Source: an uncultured Caulobacterales bacterium
GTDB lineage: Bacteria > Pseudomonadota > Alphaproteobacteria > Caulobacterales > CAYPOX01
Length of the DNA: 64,000 nt
Direction: 5' to 3'
NCBI GenBank assembly: GCA_964412525.1
Contig: CAYPOX010000002.1
Coordinates: 27-64,026, forward strand
Part shown: one piece after another, positions 36,101-45,237 of the stretch
Layout of the letters: the number at the start of each line of letters is the position of its first letter
How positions within the stretch are numbered: position 1 is the stretch's first letter
Translations under genes and position numbers: made by a program
The notes under the pieces: model-generated
Told to the model about the DNA's origin: nothing
Databases searched by the model: none
What the model saw: the letters and a program-made list of their open reading frames with translations, nothing else

Positions 36101-39100
36101 GAACACCACAAAGTCTTCCGAAGTCGTGAAGTTCGAAACCGAGTCCGCCGAACCCGTGCCGACTGAAAGGCCGCCACCGGTCGGAACCGTGTTGCCGTCC
36201 GACACAGACGTGTAGATCACCCGATCGACCAGCTCGCCCGCAGGCGCGCCACTATTGGCAAGGTCGATGACGTCGCCGCCTGCTTGGCCGGTGATCTCGT
36301 CCTCGCCTTGGCCAGCCACGATCGTGTCCGCACCGTCGCCGCCGAGCACAACGTCGTCGCCCTCGAAGGCGTTGATAACGTTCACTGCCGACGAGCCGGT
36401 GATCACGTCGTTATATTTTGTGGCGTTGACGTCCTCGAAGCTGACGAACGTCGTGGTGTCGAGATTGCCGTCTTGGACGACGCCAGTGACCAAGTTGATG
36501 AAAATTTCTTCGACGCCGTCATCGTCGAAGGTGTCGTCGTCGGTCGCGCTGTCCTTGAACGGATCGATGTTGAACGACAGGTCCGCGCCGCCATTACGAA
36601 GATCGATCAAGTCCGACTTACCCGTACCGATGAAGGTGATGTCGCCTTCATTCGCCACGTAATCAACGCCGCCGAGATTGCCGGTCGTGATCTTCGCGTA
36701 TTGCTCGGCGTTCGTGTCGAAATCATTGACAAACCGACCAAGCGGATCGGCGTCGTCATTCGAGTTGCCGGTTAGATCGCCCGCGCCGTCGGATTCTTGG
36801 AATTCGCCCAAGAAAACCGTAATCGGCGCGCCGTCATTGGTGTTGTCGCCATCGTCCGAAAAGGTGTTGCCGGAGTAGTCGAGCACGTTCGCGCCGCCAT
36901 TCAGGAAGAAGTCCTGATTACGGTCCGCCTCATTGTTAGTGAGACGGATCGTGTTGGCGAAATCGGAGCCGATCACGCGATCGAATTCGAAGTTGCCGCT
37001 GTCCTCGATGAACGTAACAAACAGCGTGTCGTCAGCGCCCGTACCCTCTTTAACCGTGACGGTCTCGAAGGACGTGTCCGCACTGTCCTCCTCGCCGTTT
37101 TCGTCCGCGACGTCGCCCGCATTGAACTGAACGGTCAGATTCTCGTCCGTGGACGAAAGGTCGATCGTGTTGACGCCGGTGCCGCCAACATACTGCTCAG
37201 CTCCGCCATCCTTGAAGAGATCCACACGATCCTTCGCGCTGCCGTTCAAGTTGTTATCGTCACCTTCATCAACGAGCACCCAATCGACGTCGGCGATAAA
37301 GTCCGCCTCTTCATCTACCGAGGTGATCACGAAGTTCAGATCCGAGCCCTCATTACGATAATCGCCGATATCCGTGCCGCCGGCCAGAGAGAATTGAAGC
37401 AGCACGACATTGTTCGCCGCCACTTCGCCGGCCACGTCGATCTTGCCGTCGCCGTCGTCGGCGATGCCGAACTCGGTCGTGAAGCCCAAAGCGGCTTCAA
37501 GGAAGCCAACCTTCAGACCCGCATCGTCGTCTTGGTTCACCTGATTGTCCGCCAAGATGACGCGGTCGTTGCCGGACGAACCCGTGACGCGCTCGAACTG
37601 AGTGATGCCGTCGATTTCAACGGTCTCATTGCCGAGGGTCGAGTCGTTCACCGTCACGCCGCCGGCCTCGAGAGTGTTGCCCTCCAGGATCGTCAGCGAG
37701 CTGACCGCGCCGTCCACGCCGCCCTTGGTGTCATCCAAGGCGACCGGGCCGCCGAAGTTGACCACCGCGCCGCCGAGATTGGAGACGTCAAGGACGTCTT
37801 GCCCAAAACGAACGTCCGCATCGTCGTCGTCGTCTAGATCAGTGAAGTCGATGCCGGTCGCCGCCAAGGTGGCGTCAAAGCGCTCGACATCCACCAACGT
37901 ATCGTCGGACCCGCCAGCGTAGCTGATCACATCCGTTTCCGTCGCCGTTTCAACGGTGAAGGTGATCGTCGGCCGCACCGAAAGATCGTCTTCCGCGTCG
38001 CCCGCGACGCCGTCGCCGTCATTGTCCGCCGTGGACGTCACGTTGGAGTGGTCGACGGTGACCTTGTCGTCGTTCTCATTGCGGCCCGTGATGTCGCCGT
38101 CCGTCTGATCGCCGAGGGACAGCGTGTTGGCCACGCCGAGCTGCGACTGGTCGAGATAAACAAGATCGTTGGCTTTGCCGGTGATGATGTTTTCCGCACC
38201 GAGCACAAGCACCAGTCCGCCCAGGTCGACTTCATCCTTATCCGTAAAGATGTCGTCATTGGTCAGCGCGTCGTTGTCGTTGACGTCCTTGTCATAGGTG
38301 ACGCCCGCATCGCCGGCGCCGTTGGTCTCCGTCGTCAGGCGGATGTTCAGACCTTCGAAGTCCGGTTGGTTGTCGCCGCCCGCGTTCACATTGTCGTCCG
38401 GACCGATGACGTTGTCGCCCGCACGGTCCGCCACGATGTCGTCGGACACCGCCGACAGATCGTAGGTGTCGTTCTTCGTGTTGGACAGCGTACGCAACGT
38501 CTCAACGTTGAGGAGGTTCGTCCGGTACTCGATCTCCGCATCCGCATCGACATTCACGTTCACCACGGTCGTTTGATCAGCCGCCAAGAGGCCCGGCGCG
38601 ACGATCGTGAACTCCGCGAAGTCGCCGAACAGCTGCTCGTCGAACACGACATAGTCGTCGTCGCCGCCGCCGTCGATCGTGTCGGCGCCAATCAAGAGAA
38701 CGGACTTCGTGCCGTAAATAAGGTCGTCGCCCGATCCGGCGTTGATGACGTCGTCAACGTCCGAACCGACGATCAGATCGTCGCCGTTCTTGCCGTTGGT
38801 GTTCTCGTCAAAGCCCGTGATCGTGCCTTTGAACAGCGAACCGTCCGCACGGTCTACAAGAATGCCGGCCACGGAGTCTTCGTCCTCGAACGTGTCGTTC
38901 GTGCCCGCGCCCACGAAGAGAATGTCCTCTTTCGTGAAACCGCCATCCGGATCGTTGCGCACGTCGAAGCCGAACAAATCGACCGCCACGCCGACCGCAT
39001 CGTCCTGACCCGTATTGTCGAAGATCTTGACGAACTGCTCGCTCGCCGAGTCCACGTCGAGGAAGGCGACGTGACGGTTGGCGCCGCCGAACTGCGCGTC

Positions 39101-42100
39101 CGCCTGCGTCTCCAGACGGAATGCCAACTCGTCATTCGACTTGTCTTCGTCAAAGTCGAGCGTCGTCGCGCCGAGGCGCACGTCGATATTGGCCGCCTGT
39201 GAGTTCGGGTCACGGGATTCATCGGCGATCGAGTTGATAAACGTGTTGACGAAGAGTTCAAAGTCCGCAACGCCATTGTCGTTGTTGCCATCGGCCCCTC
39301 CTCCAGGGGCCCCCGTATTGTCCACAAACACCGTGCCGGCATAAGCCGCGCTTTCGAATTCGACGCCGTTGAGGGTGAGCTTCAACGTGTCGCCGACCGC
39401 AATCGTCGTTAGGTCGATGACGAACTCCACGATTTGGTCATTGGCGAGCGTCGTGCCGGTGTCGAGAACCCCATCCGCATCGAAATCGGACTGCACGGCG
39501 TCATTGCCGCCAAAGCGCTGCGCGCCGAAATCAATGACGAAGTCCGCGCCCTGGATGTCCAGATCGTTCGTCGTCTCATCGACGCGCGTATTGGTGTTCC
39601 GCGCGCTGTAGTCGACGAAAATCAGGCGGTCGCCGAGCAGAACCTCATCTAGGGTCGTAACGGCTTGAACGTCGAGCGGATCGTCGTCGATGTTGCCGGA
39701 GACCGAAGCGTTCTTGAAGGTGCGGCCAGCCGCATCCGTGATCGTGATGGTGGTCGCGCCGGCGACCGCCGTGATGTCCGGATCCGTGTTGGCTTCGTTG
39801 AACTCCGCCGCCAGCTCAGTCAGCGTCGTGGCGCCGCCCTCCAAGTCATTGATGCCGACATTGACGAGTTCGAAGCCGTCTTCGTCACTACCGATTTGGT
39901 AGCTGAAGAAGGTGATGTCGGGAATGTCGTCTTCGCCGCCGTCGACCGCATCGAAATTGAGGAATTGGTAGATGATCTGAGATTCCGCGTCGAGCTGGGC
40001 GCCGATGCGGTAATCCTTGGTGAACAGAAGCTCGCCAGTCGTCGGATCAACGTCTTGGAAGCCGTCACCGTTCAGATCGGCCTGGCGCCAGATCAGGTCG
40101 GCGTCATCGCTGACGGAGAACAGGAAGTCGTCCTTACCGTCATTGCCCGACAACAGGTCATCGCCTTCGCGGCCTTCCAGGACGTCGTCCCGGCCATTCG
40201 CATAGAGAGCGTTTTCGTTCGTGTCACCGCGCAGATCGAAGGGCTGGTTGATGCCGCCCAGATTGGCGCGCTCCGGAAGCACCTCAGCGTTACCGTCGCC
40301 GATGATGTTGTAATCAAAGCCGCCAAGGCCCGTCGTGATGACGTTTTCGAAGTTATCGATCTCAACCACGCCGCCGACCGCAAGCTCGGGCGCGACCGTC
40401 GATTGGAACGCCGTGCCGCCGACTTCAGAGTTGCCGTAATTGCGGAACGCCGCCAGGCCGGAGCCGACATTGCCGTCTCCGATGCCGTCTAAATTCGCGT
40501 CGCCGCCGGAACCGTTCTGGTTGCCGAGGTCGAAACGGATCGTGTTGTCCGAAAGACCCGCGCCAAGAGCGCCGCCGGACACGCCCGTCGTGCCGACGGT
40601 CGTGCCGACCGCCGCGCCGAGCGAGAACTCGGTGAGGAACAAGGTGTCGCCGTCATCAACCGGGTCGGCGTCATCGCGAATTTGGATCGAACCCAAATTG
40701 GTCGTGTCGTCGACGTTGCCGTCCGCCAAGCGGTCGGAAAGGTCGAACATTACGAAGTCATCGTCGGCGCCCGCATCGATCGAGTCCAACCCGTCGTCAA
40801 GAATCTTGCCGTCGGTGTCGTTGGCCGTCACGCGCACGGCGCCGAGCGTCGCCGCCGTTTCGAGGTCGCCTTGATCAAGCAGGTTCGAGTTGTTGCCGTT
40901 GCGGATCAAGAATTCGAGGTCGCCGCCGAGGATGACGTCATCCCCGTCGCCGGAACGGATCCGGTCATTGTCGTAGCCGCCGATGATGACGTTGCCCACC
41001 GGCGTGCCCTCAACAACGAGCTGCGCCGTGGAGCCCCGACCAAACGGCAGGAATGCGTCGCTCAAATCCCCGTCCTTATTGGGATCGGTCGCCGCGAGCG
41101 CGATATAGGTCTCGTCCGTGTCGCGCAGACCGCCAAGCTTCAGGCCCGCTTCAAAGAATTGCGCGCCGACCTCGGCGTCGAACACGCCGTAGAGGTTGCC
41201 CGAGGCGTCGAAGCTTTCGACGTCGATCAGGTCCGCCACCGTGACGCCCGACGAGTCCGTCACGTCCGCCGTGCCGGCGCCAGTGAACTGGCTGCCCGCG
41301 CCGCCTTCGTCGAGACGGACCGTGAACGGCTCTTCATCGTCCGTACCTTCGAAGAGCAAGAAGTCATTGTCCTGCAGCAGGGTGACTTCGTCGTCGCCGA
41401 TGATGCGCTCGTCGTCGACCGTCGAGCCGCCGTCGATCACCGTGAAGCCTTGGTTGCCGATGACGTTCTGATCCGGGATCGAGCCTTCAATGAAGATGAA
41501 GTCCGTGTTCCGACCCGTTTGAACCCGGTCGCCGCCGCCATTGACGCTATTGCCCTGAGCGCCGTTGACGAAACCGCCCGGCGCGATGAAGTCGTTGCCG
41601 ATGCCGGTCAGGATGTTGTCGCCGCCGAGACCGCCAAGGACCACGTTGCCGTCCGTCGCCGTGCCGTCGCCGCCGAAACCTTCGCCGCGGAAGTTCAACG
41701 ACCCGATGAAGTTGTTGGTCGCGTCGAACGCGCCGCCATTCACGTTGCGCGGCGCGGCGTCGAACAGCTTGAAGTTCGTGACGTTCAGGATCTCGCGGGC
41801 GTTGAACTCAGCCTGGGTGTCGAACACGCCGTCGCCGTCAAGGTCGATCTGCTCGATCTGCTCGCCCGTGTCCGTGATGTCGACGGAGAGATTGGCGTCG
41901 CCCGTAACGCGCAGCAGCGCCAGATCGCCCTCGCCGGTGAGGTCGATTTCACCGTTGCCGTCCAGGTCGCCCTGCTCGGGGCGAAGCGGGTTTTGGCCGC
42001 CATTGGTGTTGACCGTGAAGGTGACGATCTCGCCGGACAGATCCGTGAAGCCTTGGGAAACCTCGCCGCCGGACGGGATGCCAGGCCGACCCTCAGAGAA

Positions 42101-42778
42101 GCCGATCTGAATGAAGTGCTGCAGGCCGGTTTGCAGGCCGAGCGTGCCGAATTCCGGCGCCGCGTCGACGAAAGCCGCCACGTCCGGGTTGTTGTTCAAA
42201 TAGAAGACCGGATCAAAGCCTGGCGTGAAGCGCGCGTCGACACCCGGGGTGAAGACGTTGTCGCCGTTATTGTCCAGGAACGCCGGGCGCAGGCCTTGGC
42301 GGATTTCGCTCTCGCCGAATTCGAAATAGTGCAGATAGGCGTTGACGCCGGCCGCTGCGACATCCGGGTTCGCGGCGAGATAGGCCGCGGTGTCGAAGAA
42401 CTGGTTCGGGTCGGCTTGCGGATCGGAACCGTCAAGGGCTTGCTGATCGTCGAGGGAGTCGAGGTCGTTGCCGAAGCGCACATAGTGTTCAAAGGCCGAG
42501 CCCACTTGGCCGGCGTCGATGGCGTCTTGCGCCGCCGGGTTGTTCGCCAGGTAGCTCGCGTCGTCGAACAGATCGTCGTTCGCCGGCTCCAGGAACGGCG
42601 AGAAGGGACGGCCTTCGTCATTGCCGAAAGCGATGAAGTGATCGAAGGCGTCGATGCGCACCTCTTCGACCGTCGTGCCGGGCTCCGCGTTTACGAAGAA
42701 CGTTTCGCGGAGATCCGCGTTCGGGCCGACCGAGAGATAAAAGGTCGAGTCGAAGATCAAGATGTCGAAGTCAGTCAT
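33134..42778 (-). CDS. giant (3214-aa) acidic RTX-type repeat protein, probable T1SS adhesin
   Basis: Track ORF 33134..42847; ATG 42778 follows AGAGGGGA. No signal peptide. N-terminal four-repeat FDxxxYLxxNPDV module. Scattered and dense GGxGxD nonapeptides ([78 protein letters not shown]). Ends ...[19 protein letters not shown]. Confidence 0.9.
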   Translation of the reverse strand: [3214 protein letters not shown]

Positions 42779-43067
42779 CGGGTGTCCCCTCTTTGCAAAC
42801 CGATCAGCGAGCACAGCGCGCGCGCACGGACGCCGCACGCGCCGCACACTTGCCTACTCGGGTTGCGTAACTAACAAACACCCGTGAGTCTTCCAACCCG
42901 CCCAAGGCGCGATTGTGAATCTTTCTTTAGATTTTTTTTAACCAGATCCGCCCGGAACGGCGGCCTTGCTGAATTTGGATTCTAGCGCGATGGTTAGGAA
43001 GTTGCTATATAAGGACGGATGGCGACGCGGTCGCGGCCGCGCGCGGAGGCATTAGGACGAATCGCTC

Positions 43068-43394
43068 ATGTATACGCATCCCCAACATGGCGCGGCCCAG
43101 CAGGCCCATGATTTGCGCCGCCGAGCCGGGCAGTGGCTGAAGCGCCTGCGCACGGAACAAGGCCTTTCTCAAAGGGAGCTCGCGCGGAAGCTCGACCTCG
43201 AGGCCTACACCTTCATCTCGCAACTGGAATCCGGCCGCGGTCGGATCCCCCCCGATCGGATGGAGCGTTGGGCGGCGGCTCTCGGCCAGGAGCCGGGCGA
43301 TTTCGCCGCCGCGCTGATGCGCTTCTACGATCCCATCACCTTCCAACTTCTCTCACGCACCGGAAAATTGCAGGCGCCAGATCTCGACGTTTAA
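43068..43394 (+). CDS. XRE-family helix-turn-helix transcriptional regulator
   Basis: 108 aa; LKRLRTEQGLSQRELARKLDLEAYTFISQLESGRGRIP is a canonical HTH_XRE. Divergent from the giant RTX gene and upstream of the T1SS operon. Confidence 0.85.
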   Translation: MYTHPQHGAAQQAHDLRRRAGQWLKRLRTEQGLSQRELARKLDLEAYTFISQLESGRGRIPPDRMERWAAALGQEPGDFAAALMRFYDPITFQLLSRTGKLQAPDLDV

Positions 43395-43486
43395 GTCGAG
43401 CCCGGATTAAACAGAACCCGAGTTCGGGGGGACGCGAATCATATGGCCTGCAGGCAGGCGATATATAAAGAGACGGAGCGCGCATC

Positions 43487-45118
43487 ATGAGCGCCGCGCT
43501 GTTGGCCTTTCCGCAAGGCCCCGCGCCCTGGTCCAACCAGGAGCGCGCCGACGTTTATCGCGCCTTTCGTCTCCTGACCCAACAAGGCGCGGCGATCGAA
43601 CTGGTCGAAGGCGCCGCCGAAGACGGCGCGCCCTGGTTCGCCTTCGTGGATGCGGAAACGGGCGAGTCCATCCTTCATCTTGGCCGGGAAGGCGCCGGCG
43701 TGACCGCAGTCGACCGCTTGGGCCGGGTGCTGGCCCGCGGCCGCGACATGCGCCAGGTGATCGACCAAGCCGCCGGCGCGCGGCTGGCGCCGGTCTCGCC
43801 CTTTGGCGGCGCCGGCGAGGTGTTCGCCCATCCCGCGACCGGGCTGGCCGCCCTCGTCATCTCGCTCGCCGTGGTGGCGGAGACCGAGGCCTATGCGCAA
43901 TTGGCGCGCTTGGCGATCGACGCGGATGAGGCGGATCTCATTTCGGACGATCGGATGATCGTCGCCTCCGCGACGACGACCGTTGCGGCCGCTGCGCCTG
44001 ACGCGGGTTCCGACGCCGCCCCGAAGACGACGCCGACGCCGGCCGAAGCGGCGCAGGCCGCGGTCGCGGCGGCCCTGCCTGCACCGGGCGCGGCGTCGAT
44101 CGACATGGATTTGGCCGCGGTCTTGGCGTCCGCGATCGACGCGGCGCTGGCGGCGGCGACGTCCGCAGAGAGCTTGGCGCCCCTTCCCGCCCCCGAAACC
44201 GTGGCGGCGACGATCGATGCGGCGCGGCTGGAGCTCGACGGGCTTCGCGCGACGGCGGACGCCTTGCGCGCCGCCGCCGACGACGGATCGAGCGCCATTC
44301 TCGCGCAACGCCTTTTGGATGCCGCCGACATGGTCGATGCGCGCGTCGCGGCGGCGGAGGACCGGCTCGCCGAGGCGGAGGCGGCCTTGGAGACCGCCCT
44401 CGCCGAGGGCGAGACGACGGCGGCGCTTGAGAACGGCTCGGCGGTCCTGGGCGGCGACGGCGACGACGTGATCGCGGCCGGCGACGGCGACGACGTCATC
44501 TTGTCGGGCGCCGGCGCCGATTTGATCGACGCGGGCGACGGCGACGACGTGGTGTTCGCCGGCGTCGGAAGCGACGTGGTTCTGGGCGGCGACGGCGATG
44601 ATCTGATTTCGGCCGGCGACGGCGACGACGTGGTGGACGGCGGCGACGGGAACGACGTGATCCAAGGCGGTGCGGGCGACGACGTGATCGCCACCGGCGC
44701 GGGGGATGACGTGGTGGACGCCGGAGACGGCGACGACGTGCTGTTCGTCGGCGACGGCCACAATGTCGTGGACGGCGGCGACGGACGCGACCTCTTCGTG
44801 CATGACGCGACGAACGGCGTCGCGGTCCTGCGCGGCGGCGAAGGCATCAACGAGTTCGTCGCGGAAAGCGGCGACGGCGTCTATGTCCTCACGCCCGGCG
44901 ACATCGACGCCATCTATCTTCGAGGCGAAGAAGGCCATCTTGTCGTCGAGAACTTCGTCGTCGGCGAAGACTGGATCTATGTCGCCGATTCTCGGCTCGC
45001 CGACGTTTCTGTCGAATGGACCCATGGCGGCATTCGCATCGCTTTCAGCGAGGACGCCAGCCTGACCCTCGCCGGCTATGACGCCCTTCCGACGGCGCTC
45101 GACGATCTGTTGATCTGA
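43487..45118 (+). CDS. 543-aa RTX (hemolysin-type calcium-binding) protein, T1SS substrate candidate
   Basis: No signal peptide. Unrecognised N-terminal ~130 aa, an Ala-rich helical middle, then about 12 consecutive nonapeptides ([38 protein letters not shown]...). Located immediately upstream of the ABC/MFP genes. Confidence 0.85.
   Translation: [543 protein letters not shown]
44447..44797 (+). repeat. tandem 27-nt RTX nonapeptide-coding repeats (GGCGACGGCGACGACGTG-type)
   Basis: aa 321-437 of the 543-aa protein. The DNA-level repetition is visible as recurring ggcgacggcgacgacgt(g/c). Confidence 0.85.
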
Positions 45119-45237
45119 ATAGGGTGCGGCGTCTTTGACGGGCGCGCATGGATGCGCGTATGGCTGGCGCCGTCCGCGGAGCCGGCCCGGAGCGACCCGC
45201 GCCGAACGACGGAACGACCATTGAGGAACGAATTCTG

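Noticed and set aside
33141-42874. Dozens of plus-strand ORFs (up to 730 aa at 40682..42874) opposite the giant RTX gene, plus Ser/Pro/Thr-rich ones
   Set aside because: Antisense shadows of an Asp/Gly/Thr/Val-rich gene. Only the minus frame gives RTX nonapeptides, a sensible start with RBS and a recognisable C-terminal domain.
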